A DNA stretch of 64,000 nt, from assembly GCA_963748625.1 (NCBI GenBank), contig CAVVJT010000010.1:1120001-1184000 (forward strand), in the 5' to 3' direction. Every line of letters begins with the position of its first letter. The first letter of the stretch is position 1. Below are positions 47,658 through 56,895 of the stretch, in pieces. This stretch comes from an uncultured Chloroflexia bacterium. Lineage in GTDB: Bacteria > Chloroflexota > Limnocylindria > Limnocylindrales > CSP1-4. The position numbers and the translations under genes were made by a program. Below the pieces are notes generated by a model that saw nothing but the letters and a program-made list of their open reading frames with translations, had not been told where the DNA came from and did no database searches.

Positions 47658-47725
47658 GGGACGGCGGGATCGGGTGGGCTGGGGTACCCTCCGCCCGTCC
47701 GCACGGCCCGCGGACCGCACCAGGA

Positions 47726-48544
47726 ATGCCCGTGACCCGCCTCTTCCACCGCCGCGCCTTCCGCCGGCTCGCGCTGGTGCTCGCCGCGCTCGTCGTGGCC
47801 GTCTCCGCCGGCGCCGTCCGGCCCGCACCGGTGGCCGCCGACACGGCGTCGGACATGGAGGCGTTGATCCTGCGGGCGATGAACGAGGACCGGGCGGCAC
47901 GAGGGCTGGTCCCGTACCGCGGCTGGGACGCGCTTGCCGACCTGGCAGCCGGGCGGGCCGCCAACATGGCCGCCCGCAACACCCTCTCCCACACCGCCGC
48001 GGGCGGCGACCTCGGCGCAGCGCTCGAGGCGCGCGGCATCGCCTGGTTCGGGTTTGGCGAGACCATCGGCGTCAGCGGCTATCCGTGGGGTGCGGAGGCT
48101 GCGCGAGACATCTACCGCCTCTGGAAGGGCAGCAAGGCCCACGAGGCGATCATGTTCAGCAGCACCTACAACTACGCCGACGTGGGTGTGGTCCAGGGCA
48201 GCGACGGCAAGGCCTGGATCTCGGCGGTGTACGCGGAGTCGGCTGATCACACGGCCCCCGTCGCCCGCAGCGGCTCGCTGAGCCGAGACGGACGGACGGT
48301 CTGGTTCTCCTTCTCCGGCTTCGACCCACGACTCCAGACGCGCACCGCCGGCCTGCGCTCCTTCGACGTCCAACTGCGTCGGGATGACGGCGCCTGGAGG
48401 ACGGTGCGCGACGACATCACGAGGACGACGGTCCGGTTCAAGGATCGGGCCCGTGGCCACTGGTACAGCGTCCGCGTCCAGGCGGCGGACCGGCGGGGTA
48501 CGCTGTCGCCGTGGACGATCGAGAAGAGGATCTGGGTTCCCTGA
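47726..48544 (+). CDS. Secreted CAP (SCP) domain protein with C-terminal FnIII-like domain
   Basis: Signal peptide; N.DRA..GL, LSH, GETI and W.GS.AH motifs; YSVRVQAADR.G. Confidence 0.82.
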   Translation: MPVTRLFHRRAFRRLALVLAALVVAVSAGAVRPAPVAADTASDMEALILRAMNEDRAARGLVPYRGWDALADLAAGRAANMAARNTLSHTAAGGDLGAALEARGIAWFGFGETIGVSGYPWGAEAARDIYRLWKGSKAHEAIMFSSTYNYADVGVVQGSDGKAWISAVYAESADHTAPVARSGSLSRDGRTVWFSFSGFDPRLQTRTAGLRSFDVQLRRDDGAWRTVRDDITRTTVRFKDRARGHWYSVRVQAADRRGTLSPWTIEKRIWVP

Positions 48545-48552
48545 CGGACCCG

Positions 48553-50010
48553 ATGACGCCCGGCACGGACGCCGCGACCGCGACATCCGCCGCCGGGGGG
48601 CGCACGGGCCGGAGGCACACCTTCGCCGCGGTCAACCTCATCTCCGACCCGATCCACGGGTACGTCGAGCTCAGCAAGCGGCTTGCTCCTGACCAGGCGC
48701 GCGCCGCCGGCCTCGCCGAGGAGGACGTGGCCGAGGACGACCTGCTCGACACCGCCTGGCTCCAACGCCTGCGGCGGATCTCCCAGCTGCAGTCGGCCCG
48801 GTGGGTGTTCCCCACCGCGGAGCACTCGCGGTTCACGCACGGCCTGGGGGTGATGCACGAGGCCGGGCTGTGGGCACGGTCGCTGTATCCGTCGCTGCGG
48901 GCTGTGCTGCCGGCGCTTGCTCCGGGTGCCCCCGTGCCGTCCGAGGGGCTGGTCGTGGAGACGCTCCGGATCGCCGGCCTCCTGCACGACGTGGGGCACG
49001 GGCCGTTCGCGCACTTCTTCGACGACCGGTTCCTGGCGTCCTTCCCGGCGCCCGTGGACCCGCGCCGGCCGGGCGCGAAGTCGCTGTCGCACGAGGACCT
49101 CGGCCAGCTGATCATCGAGCGGGAGCTGGGGCCGCTGATCGCCGGGCTGCGGCGGGCGCCGGGCTCCGTGGCGGAGCGGGACCGGTTCGCGGACGGCGAG
49201 GCGATCGAGCCGCGCTGGGTGTCGTTCCTGATCTCGAAGCCACCGCTCGTGGACCCCTCGATGCCGGCCTGGGTCCGCCTGCTCCAGCCGCTGCTGTCGG
49301 GTGTGTTCACGGTGGACAACCTGGACTACGTGCGGCGGGACGCGTACCTGACGGGCGTGTCGATGGGCCCGGTGGACGCGGAGCGGCTGCGGCGCTACTG
49401 CTTCATCTCGGAGCGGGGCCTGACGCTGTACGAGTCCGGCGTGGGTGCGCTGGAGATGTTCCTGACCGCGCGGCTGTTCATGTACCGGCACGTGTACCTG
49501 CACCGGACGGTGCGGGCGATCGACATCGACCTGGCCGAGGTCTTCGCGCCATCGATCGTCGCAGTGTTCGGCGAGGGATCGCCGGCCGAGCGGCTGGGTG
49601 CGTTCGCGGACCTCGACGAGTACGCGCTGCTCCACCAGGCGGCGCTGTGGGTGCGCGGGGAGCGGGTGTCCGCGGCTCCGGTGCCGGGCGACGGGACCGT
49701 GCGCCAGGAGGTGGCTGATGGCTGGCGGGCGATCCTGCTGCGCAAGCCGCGCTGGCGGACCGAGCGCGAGGTGCACGCCGAGCAGGATTCGCCCGAATGG
49801 CCTCCGGCGCTGCTGGCGGAGCTGGGATCGGCGGAGCCCGGGCGGGTCGTGCTGGACCTGACCGGCGTCGATGCGCGGCCGGGGGCGGGCAGGGCGCCCA
49901 CGCTGGTGATCGAGCGGCGGGACGGCGAGGCCGGTCCGGAGCTGGATGCGGCGCTGGCGCGGGTGCCCGCGTGGTCGCTGGTGGGACGGCGGTACCGGCG
50001 GGTCGGGTAG
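48553..50010 (+). CDS. HD-domain phosphohydrolase (SAMHD1/dNTPase-like)
   Basis: DPIHGY, QRLRRISQL, HSRFTHGLGV, LLHDVGHGPFAH, D.LDYVRRD and MYRHVYLH. Confidence 0.92.
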   Translation: MTPGTDAATATSAAGGRTGRRHTFAAVNLISDPIHGYVELSKRLAPDQARAAGLAEEDVAEDDLLDTAWLQRLRRISQLQSARWVFPTAEHSRFTHGLGVMHEAGLWARSLYPSLRAVLPALAPGAPVPSEGLVVETLRIAGLLHDVGHGPFAHFFDDRFLASFPAPVDPRRPGAKSLSHEDLGQLIIERELGPLIAGLRRAPGSVAERDRFADGEAIEPRWVSFLISKPPLVDPSMPAWVRLLQPLLSGVFTVDNLDYVRRDAYLTGVSMGPVDAERLRRYCFISERGLTLYESGVGALEMFLTARLFMYRHVYLHRTVRAIDIDLAEVFAPSIVAVFGEGSPAERLGAFADLDEYALLHQAALWVRGERVSAAPVPGDGTVRQEVADGWRAILLRKPRWRTEREVHAEQDSPEWPPALLAELGSAEPGRVVLDLTGVDARPGAGRAPTLVIERRDGEAGPELDAALARVPAWSLVGRRYRRVG

Positions 50011-50059
50011 CGGTCGGCGCGGGTCAGGTCGGCGCGGGTCGGGTACCGGTCGGCGCGGG

Positions 50060-51061
50060 TCAGGGCACCGCGGCGGGCTTCGGGCTCGCTGACGCGTCGG
50101 CCTTCGGCTTCTTCGGGGCGTTGATCCCAGCCCGTGGCGGAAGCACCTTGAGCGGATCGACCCGCGCGATCTGCTCCTTGGGGAGCTTCATCCGCTTCAC
50201 GACATCGGGCTTGATCCGGAAGGTGGCCATCTCCCACGGCGAGAACAGGCCGTAATGGAGGTGGCAGCCCGAAGCGCGCCCTGTCATCCCCTCGTTGCCA
50301 AGCAGCTGGCCGGCCTTCACGACATCGCCCTTCTTGACGGTGATCCGCCACATGTGGGCGTACATGCTCCGGTAGCCGTTGCCGTCGTCGATGACGATCA
50401 CGATCGGCAGCTGCGGCCACAGGTGCTGGCGATCCAGTCGGTTGTAGTAGGGCTCCAGGTCGCCGGTCCAGCCCATCGCGTCGTCATAGTGACGACCTGC
50501 CGCGAGCACCGTGCCCGAGTGCGCGGCCAGGATTCGGTCGTTGCAGAACGTCGCGAGGTCGACGCCGTCATGGAACGGCTCCCCGTTGACGAGGCGCGAG
50601 CCCCAGGACGTGGGCCCGAACGGCAGCGTGAGGCGAGGATGAGCGAGGGGCCAGCGGTAGCCGTCGAGGGTGTCGATCGCAGGTGCGCGGGTACCGGTCC
50701 ACTCGACCCAGGCACGCTCGGGCGGGACGCCGTGGGGCGTGCTGCCGGTGGCAGGCAGGGCAGCGGCGATGGGCGGCGGGGGTGCAGTGGGGATGGCCGG
50801 GGTGGCTATTGGATCGGCCGATGGCGCCGTCGTTGCAGCTGCGGCCACGGCGATCTCGAGCGTGGCGGGTGAGCCGGCGGGCGTGGGCTCCTGGCCGGAG
50901 ACCGCCTGGCCGACCGGTGTGGCCGACCGCGACCCGGTGACGCCGGCAGCCACGGGGATCACCAGCAGGACTGCGAGCCCAGCAGCGGCACCGAGCAGGA
51001 GGGGGCGCGCGATGATGCGGCGCTGGCGCCGGGCGTGGGGGAACCGGTCGTGACGGGGCAC
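50060..51061 (-). CDS. M23 family metallopeptidase
   Basis: HDGVD, YAH and G.TG.ASG.HLH motifs; N-terminal TM helix. Confidence 0.9.
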   Translation of the reverse strand: MPRHDRFPHARRQRRIIARPLLLGAAAGLAVLLVIPVAAGVTGSRSATPVGQAVSGQEPTPAGSPATLEIAVAAAATTAPSADPIATPAIPTAPPPPIAAALPATGSTPHGVPPERAWVEWTGTRAPAIDTLDGYRWPLAHPRLTLPFGPTSWGSRLVNGEPFHDGVDLATFCNDRILAAHSGTVLAAGRHYDDAMGWTGDLEPYYNRLDRQHLWPQLPIVIVIDDGNGYRSMYAHMWRITVKKGDVVKAGQLLGNEGMTGRASGCHLHYGLFSPWEMATFRIKPDVVKRMKLPKEQIARVDPLKVLPPRAGINAPKKPKADASASPKPAAVP

Positions 51062-51250
51062 TCGCGGATTGTGCCGTACATGGGTCGGGGGTGTCGGGCC
51101 GGCGCGCGAGGCAACCGAGGCTGAGCGCCGCGCAACGTGCCTGCATTTGACGGAATCGGGCCGAGGGCCGATGGTGGGGGTCCTAGTCGCCAGTTGTGCC
51201 GGGCTCTCATTCGCCGGTCCGTAGCACGCGACGGATCGGTTTCCCCGCAC

Positions 51251-51538
51251 ATGTCCCGTACCTCCTTTGCTTCCCCTGCCTCGCGCATCGTCGTGAGCAC
51301 CGACGGCTACTTCGACGTCTATGCGCCTGCCGGGCGCCCGACCGATGACAAGCCCGCATACCGCGGTGGACTGTCCGAGCTCGGCACCGGCATCCGCGGT
51401 CTCGACGACCGCCTGGCGGTCCGGCCCGACTCCGCCTTTCTCGCGAACGCCGTCCGTGACTGGTCAGCCGCCAACGGCAGCGCTGCGGTCAGGGGCGAGC
51501 TCGGCGGCGGCCGCGACGGCTCCGATCCCGTGGCGTAG
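51251..51538 (+). CDS. Small hypothetical protein
   Basis: Fills the gap before the tRNA; plausible codon usage; no recognised motif. Confidence 0.5.
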   Translation: MSRTSFASPASRIVVSTDGYFDVYAPAGRPTDDKPAYRGGLSELGTGIRGLDDRLAVRPDSAFLANAVRDWSAANGSAAVRGELGGGRDGSDPVA

Positions 51539-51607
51539 AGCACGCGCCAGTAGGGGCCCGCGCCTGTCCGGCCCTGGCTCGAGGGCCGGGTATGATCGTG
51601 CCGTCGC

Positions 51608-51683
51608 GCGCCCGTAGCTCAGTGGATAGAGCACCTGACTTCGGATCAGGTGGTCGGGGGTTCGAATCCCTCCGGGCGCGCCA
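51608..51683 (+). tRNA. tRNA-Arg (anticodon TCG)
   Basis: GCGCCCGTAGCTCAGTGGATAGAGCACCTGACTTCGGATCAGGTGGTCGGGGGTTCGAATCCCTCCGGGCGCGCCA; TATGAT -10 box at 51591. Confidence 0.98.
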
Positions 51684-51969
51684 TGTCATGAGTCGCGACA
51701 TGTGCGACACATGAGTCGCGACATCTGCGACACATGGAGTCAGCCGGTCGCCTGGGACCCCGGCCATCGGCCGGGGTCTCTTCGCGGGCGAGGAGCCGCT
51801 GGAGGTGGCCCCGGCTGAGGTGGCACTCCGCTGCGGCGGCGGTGACGGACAGCTGCCCTGAGACGACCTTGAGGACGGCCACGCGGTGCTTCGACATGGC
51901 CGGGACTGTCACGCATGTCCCGACTCATGTGTGCCCTATCAGGTGTCACCTATGTCGTGGACTCTGACA
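51684..51969 (-). mobile_element. Internally deleted IS481-family element (286 bp) with 15-bp target duplication
   Basis: TGTCA...TGACA ends with imperfect 18-bp IRs; subterminal ATGAGTCGCGACAT repeats; transposase-like N-terminus MSKHRVAVLKVVSGQLSVTAAA...HLQRLLAR; flanked by CCTCCGGGCGCGCCA. Confidence 0.8.
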
Positions 51970-52015
51970 CCTCCGGGCGCGCCACCTCCGGGCGCGCCAC
52001 TGTCCGAGCGCGCCA
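51970..52015 (+). repeat. Tandem copies of the tRNA-Arg 3' 15-mer
   Basis: CCTCCGGGCGCGCCA at 51970 and 51985; degenerate TCCGAGCGCGCCA at 52003. Confidence 0.92.
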
Positions 52016-52169
52016 CACCAACCTGGGTGCGAGCCGTCGCCGGATGACGAACGGCACCGATAGGGCTTCGCTACGGCAGCGGCTGGGCGGCGCGGGAGCT
52101 CGATCCGCGGTCCGCGCTTCACAGCCGCACGGTCACCCAAGCCCCGCCGGCCCGCGGAGCATCCGGTGA

Positions 52170-53216
52170 TCAGCCGGTTAGGTACCTCGGGTGGATGGTC
52201 CGCTCTTCCCGTGCCGCCAGCGCCAGGGCGTCCAGCGCCACCATGTTCCGGATGCTGTCCTCCGGGAGAACGTCCAGGCCTTCCTCGCCCTGAACGGCCC
52301 GGGCGAAGTGCTCCACCATCAGCCGGTACTCGTCCGCGCCGGCAACCCGGTGCACCTCGCCGGCCTCCGAGTCCTGCTCCCGCCGGGTGTAGAGCGCCTC
52401 GCGCTCCCACGGGATGAAGGCGTCGTGGGGCAGCTCGATGGCGCCCATCGTCCCCGTGACGCTGAACGTCTGCTGCAGGGCGGACACGAACCCGGCCTCG
52501 ATGCCGGCGAGGGCGCCCGTCGGGAATCGCAGCGTCCCAGCAATGTGGACGTCGACGCCGTGGCGATAGACCGCCTGGGCCTGCACGCTGACGGGCTCCG
52601 CCCCCAGCAGCCACCGGGCCACGCCCACCGTGTAGCAGCCGACGTCGAGCAGCGCACCGCCGCCCATCTCCGGGCTCAGGCGGGCGCCGTCCCCCGCCTG
52701 CAGGGCCTCCTCGGCCATGGGGAACGTGAAGGCGGCGCGCACGCCCCGTGGGTCCCCCAGGCCGCCGGCGTCCACCAGCGCCTTGATCGCGCGGCTCCGG
52801 GGGTGGAACCGGTACATGAGGGCCTCCATCAGAAGCCGGCCGGAGGACGTCGCCGCCGCGGCCATCTCCATGGCCTGCTCCGCGCTGCAGGCGAGGGGCT
52901 TCTCGCACAGCACGTGCTTGCCGGCGGCGAGGGCTCGCAGCGTCCACGGATGGTGGAGGTGGTTGGGCAGCGAGACGTAGACGGCGTCCACCTCCGGGTC
53001 CTCGAGGACCTCCTCGTAGCGGCCGTAGACCCGCTCGAACTGGTGCCGGGGCGGCGGCGGCGCCTGGGGCGCGGCCGTCGCCGGAGGCGATCCTCCGGCC
53101 GAACGGGTCCCCAGGGCCTGCAGCCGGCCGTTGTCGGACACCGCGATGGCCGGGATCATGCACACGCGGGCGATCGTGGAGTGGCCGAGCACACCCCAGC
53201 CAATCCGCTCAGGCAT
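52170..53216 (-). CDS. Gfo/Idh/MocA family oxidoreductase
   Basis: WGVLG, LPNHLH, HVLCEKP, EALMYRFHP and GGALLDVGCY motifs. Confidence 0.92.
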   Translation of the reverse strand: MPERIGWGVLGHSTIARVCMIPAIAVSDNGRLQALGTRSAGGSPPATAAPQAPPPPRHQFERVYGRYEEVLEDPEVDAVYVSLPNHLHHPWTLRALAAGKHVLCEKPLACSAEQAMEMAAAATSSGRLLMEALMYRFHPRSRAIKALVDAGGLGDPRGVRAAFTFPMAEEALQAGDGARLSPEMGGGALLDVGCYTVGVARWLLGAEPVSVQAQAVYRHGVDVHIAGTLRFPTGALAGIEAGFVSALQQTFSVTGTMGAIELPHDAFIPWEREALYTRREQDSEAGEVHRVAGADEYRLMVEHFARAVQGEEGLDVLPEDSIRNMVALDALALAAREERTIHPRYLTG

Positions 53217-54855
53217 CCATCGCCTCGACGCATCCACCCTTCTCCATCGACCGTGTGGCAGCCTCCAGGATGGCGACCACCTTCACCGAATCCGCGAGGG
53301 GCGCCACCAACGGCTCACCGGTCAGGAGGTGGTCGGCCAGGTTGCGGTGGAACCCGAACGGGTCACGTGGCGGCATGGCCATCGGCATGGAGGTGACCTG
53401 CCCGTCGCGCTGCCGTCGGAGAAGGAGCAGCTCGGGCGCCATCTCGGTTGCCGGGATCGGGTCTTCGCGGTAGTGAACCAGGGGATCGGCCCGGAGAGCG
53501 ACGAGATCCCGCCAGCGACCCTCGATCGCACCCTCCGTGCCCAGGGCGTACCACTTCGGCTTGCGGACCGCCGCGATGTCCGAGTGGATGAACTCGGCCT
53601 CGAAGCCTCCCTTGAACCGGACCTGGATCCGCTCCTGGTCGGCGCTGGTCACGTCGTGCCACACGCGCTTGTGGCGGGTCCCGATCACGGCCTCCACCCG
53701 GTGCGGCATGAGGCTCACGATCCAGTCCAGGTAGTGGGCGCCCCAGTCCCAGGATGTGCCACCCGATACCGGCGAATGGGAATGCCAGAAGCCGCACGGG
53801 TGGTGGAAGCCCCCGACGAAGGTCTCGAGCTGGAAGAGCTCGCCGATGAGGTGCCCCTCGACCGCCTCCCTGACGGCGAGGTAGTCCGGGTCCCATCGTC
53901 GGTTCTGGTGGCAGCCCAGGTGGACCTGCATGGCCTGCGAGACCTCGACCATCCGATCCGTCTCGCGCCGGCCCAGCGCCAGCGGCTTCTCGCAGACCAC
54001 GTGCTTGCCGGCCGCCATGAGCTGCACGGACAGCGCGGCGTGGGTGTTCGGCGGCGTGGCCACGATGACGAGGTCGATGTCCGGGTCGTCGGCCAGCAGT
54101 TCAGGCGCCTCGTGGACCGTGACCCCAGGAAAATCGAGCGCGGCCTGGTGCCTGCGCGGGGGTGCGATGTCGCAGACGGCCCCGAGCGTGAGCCCGGTCG
54201 TCTCACCCACCCCCGTCCCGTGCATCTGCCCGAGCCAGGGCGCATAGCCGAGGATCCCGACTCGGACCTCCGGGGGCTGGGCGATCGCACCGCCGAGGCT
54301 GCGCAGCCAGCGGTAGAGGAGCTGCTGCACCACGGGATGGCCAAGGTCCCCCAGCGTGGTGCAGACGGCGCGGCCCGCGCCGTGCGAGCGGACGGTCATC
54401 ACCGGGCGGCGCCCGTACTGCCAGTCGGCGTGCAGGACCGTCGTGGTGCCCTCGTCACGTGGCCGCACCGCCAACCTGGTGCGTCCGACAAGGAAGGACC
54501 GCTGCATGCGCTGCGCCAACGGATGTCCTGGGTCCTCCCAGCTCACACGCAGCTCCGTCGCCGGCAGCAGCGGCTCGACCCCTACCCCGAACACCGACGG
54601 CGGGAGGCCTGCGTCATCGGCGACGTGCAGCCACCCCTTGCCCGCGCGCACGAGATCCGACAGGACGGTCACATCCTCCGGCGGCAGGGCCGATCCCGCG
54701 GTGAGGACGACATCGATCCCGTCCGTGGCGGCCGGCAGCGCCTCCGAGCGCTCCAGCTGCGTGTGGGAGGTCCGCGCGAGATAGCCGGCCAGCGGTTCCA
54801 GTGATGCGTCGGCCGGACCCACCCAGAGGATCCGAACCACGGAGTGCACGATCAC
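53209..54855 (-). CDS. Gfo/Idh/MocA oxidoreductase with N-terminal ThuA-like domain (start uncertain)
   Basis: HPL...G.GRAVCTTLG N-domain; ATPPNTH, HVVCEKP, HQNRRWD and DWGAHYLD. Confidence 0.85.
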   Translation of the reverse strand: MIVHSVVRILWVGPADASLEPLAGYLARTSHTQLERSEALPAATDGIDVVLTAGSALPPEDVTVLSDLVRAGKGWLHVADDAGLPPSVFGVGVEPLLPATELRVSWEDPGHPLAQRMQRSFLVGRTRLAVRPRDEGTTTVLHADWQYGRRPVMTVRSHGAGRAVCTTLGDLGHPVVQQLLYRWLRSLGGAIAQPPEVRVGILGYAPWLGQMHGTGVGETTGLTLGAVCDIAPPRRHQAALDFPGVTVHEAPELLADDPDIDLVIVATPPNTHAALSVQLMAAGKHVVCEKPLALGRRETDRMVEVSQAMQVHLGCHQNRRWDPDYLAVREAVEGHLIGELFQLETFVGGFHHPCGFWHSHSPVSGGTSWDWGAHYLDWIVSLMPHRVEAVIGTRHKRVWHDVTSADQERIQVRFKGGFEAEFIHSDIAAVRKPKWYALGTEGAIEGRWRDLVALRADPLVHYREDPIPATEMAPELLLLRRQRDGQVTSMPMAMPPRDPFGFHRNLADHLLTGEPLVAPLADSVKVVAILEAATRSMEKGGCVEAMDA

Positions 54856-55277
54856 GCTGACCCCTTTGTGCCCGGACCCAGGCCGGAAGCTCTCGCCCGT
54901 GGTTGCTGCAGGCGGACCCGAGTTGCCGCCAATCATGCGCCACGACGCTGGGCCCTGTCCGGGCGTCCGGATGCGATGAGGTCGCGGGCCGAGCCATTGC
55001 AGAGCGTCGCGCCAGGCTCAGGGTGGGCGCTGCCCTGCCCACCTCCCCGGTTCGGCGGGCCCCACCTGCGGTTGGCGGCGACGCGCGACACTGGCGGCGA
55101 CGGGCACTTGACAGTCCCAGCCCGCTGGGCTACGGTTACTGTGCTCGAAGGGGCTTCGAACATCTAGTGATTTGGCCGGTGTTTACATTGGCCAGAGCAA
55201 CTAGTGATCGCGGTTCCTTCGGGCGTTTTTCGTTGGTGCCCGGCGCGGACGCGACCCGTGCACAACGCCCCCCGGCC

Positions 55278-56171
55278 TCACGGGTTGCCGCTGAACGTGT
55301 CGCACCCGTCCGGCGACTTCGCCTGGTAGCCGGCCGTGAACCACTTCTGGCGCTGGGCGGACGAGCCGTGGGTCCATGTCTCGGGGCTGACCTGCCCCTG
55401 CATCTCCTGCTGGATCCGGTCGTCGCCGACGGCCGACGCGGCATCGAGGGCATCGGCGATCTCGGCTTTTGTGAGCGGCACGAGGTAGCCCGTCGCGGCC
55501 GCGTTGCTTGCCCACACGCCGGCGTAGCAGTCGGCCTGGAGCTCAGTCCGGACCGATTGCCCTGCGGCCCCCTCCTGGCTCGTCCCGCCCGACAGCGTCC
55601 CGACCAGATCCTGGACGTGGTGGCCGTACTCGTGGGCCAGTATGTAGGCCTGGGCGAACGGACCACCCTTGGCGCCGAACTTCGAGCGCAGCTCGTCGAA
55701 GAACCCGAGGTCGATGTAGACGAACTGGTCGGCGGGACAGTAGAACGGGCCGCTGGCCGACGATGCGACGCCGCAGCCAGTGTTGACCTGGTCGGTGAAG
55801 AAGCGCGTCCTAGCCACGACGTACTGCTGTCCCGAGGCGGCGAACGCGTCGGTCCAGTAGGCCTGGATGCTGTTGACGTAGCCGACGATCCGGCAATCCT
55901 CGCTGGCGTTGGCGTCGGCCCCGGTCTCGCAGGCCGCCAGAGCGCTGCTGGCGGGACCCGGCTCCTCGGCGCCACCGCCGATCGTCTGGCCGACGAGTCC
56001 ACCGACCGTCTCGCCGGTCTGAGGGCTGCCGCCCAGGAGCACCCAGACGAGGGCGACGATGATCCCGATCCCGCCGCCCCCGCCGACCATCAGGCCTCGC
56101 CCGCCGACCCGCGAGCCGCGGACGTCCTCGACCTGCGAGGGATCGAGCTTTGCGCCCGGGTTGAACGGCAT
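55278..56171 (-). CDS. Neutral zinc metallopeptidase (YpfJ-like)
   Basis: GPFYCPAD, AHEYGHHVQ, ELQADCYAG, GDDRIQ and THGSS.QR motifs. Confidence 0.93.
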   Translation of the reverse strand: MPFNPGAKLDPSQVEDVRGSRVGGRGLMVGGGGGIGIIVALVWVLLGGSPQTGETVGGLVGQTIGGGAEEPGPASSALAACETGADANASEDCRIVGYVNSIQAYWTDAFAASGQQYVVARTRFFTDQVNTGCGVASSASGPFYCPADQFVYIDLGFFDELRSKFGAKGGPFAQAYILAHEYGHHVQDLVGTLSGGTSQEGAAGQSVRTELQADCYAGVWASNAAATGYLVPLTKAEIADALDAASAVGDDRIQQEMQGQVSPETWTHGSSAQRQKWFTAGYQAKSPDGCDTFSGNP

Positions 56172-56204
56172 CTCAGAGCCTCCTGCGGGTGGAGCCCGCG
56201 GGGC

Positions 56205-56294
56205 TCAGATCTTGATGACGCCGACCAGGAAGAGGATCACCACCACGATGACGATCACGCCGATGATTCCGATGCCACCGTTTCGTCCGTTCAT
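56205..56294 (-). CDS. 29-aa single-TM small protein
   Basis: MNGRNGGIGIIGVIVIVVVILFLVGVIKI directly upstream of the peptidase. Confidence 0.55.
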   Translation of the reverse strand: MNGRNGGIGIIGVIVIVVVILFLVGVIKI

Positions 56295-56361
56295 GAATCG
56301 AGGGATCGCATGGGGCCTCCGGGTCGTGACGGGAGCCGGTTGGACGGGGCTGCTGTCGAAC

Positions 56362-56733
56362 TCAGCCCGGGGCCTGCTGCGGTCCGTCGCTGCTGGCGGC
56401 GTCGACGATGATCCTGAGGGTCCCGTCCGCCTGCCGCTGGTAGACGACGACGTACTTGCTCTGGCCGCTCGGGCCGACGATCCGACCGACATCCACGACC
56501 AGCGAGCCCCCCTCGATCACCTCGTCGGTCACGAATCGCAGGTTCGCCGGCCCGCCGGCGACTATGTTGCGAAGGGCGGCGTCGACTGCCGCGCGTCCAC
56601 GGATGATCGGCTGGCCTTGGAACAGGAGTCGCGCGTCGTCGGCGTAGAACGCCGCCAGCCGCTCGCCATCCTGCGTCGCGAATGCCTCGCCGAACCCCGC
56701 GTTGATCGCATCCAGCTCGTCTTCAATCGCCAC
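56362..56733 (-). CDS. SnoaL/DUF4440 (NTF2-like) protein
   Basis: F...D...LAAFYADDA, GRAAV and KYVVVY.RQ.DG motifs; GAGAGGG RBS. Confidence 0.8.
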   Translation of the reverse strand: MAIEDELDAINAGFGEAFATQDGERLAAFYADDARLLFQGQPIIRGRAAVDAALRNIVAGGPANLRFVTDEVIEGGSLVVDVGRIVGPSGQSKYVVVYQRQADGTLRIIVDAASSDGPQQAPG

Positions 56734-56856
56734 CCTGTCACCCTCTCGTTCGAACCTGGCGTCCTGAGCCGATCCGGCGAACCCCCGATCCGCAGCCGAG
56801 ACGCGAGCCAGGTGAAGATCATGCCGCCTGCGCGCGACCTGCGTTCAAGATGTGCG

Positions 56857-56895
56857 TTGTTGCTCCTGCGCGCCAAATGCCCTCCGGGCGCGCCA
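56857..56895 (+). repeat. att-like junction 1: shared 24-bp arm plus tRNA-Arg 3' end
   Basis: TTGTTGCTCCTGCGCGCCAAATGC followed by CCTCCGGGCGCGCCA. Confidence 0.85.

Noticed and set aside
45353-48544. 1063-aa ORF as a single fusion protein
   Set aside because: An artefact of frameshifts and stop-poor GC-rich DNA joining parts of the membrane, WYL and CAP genes
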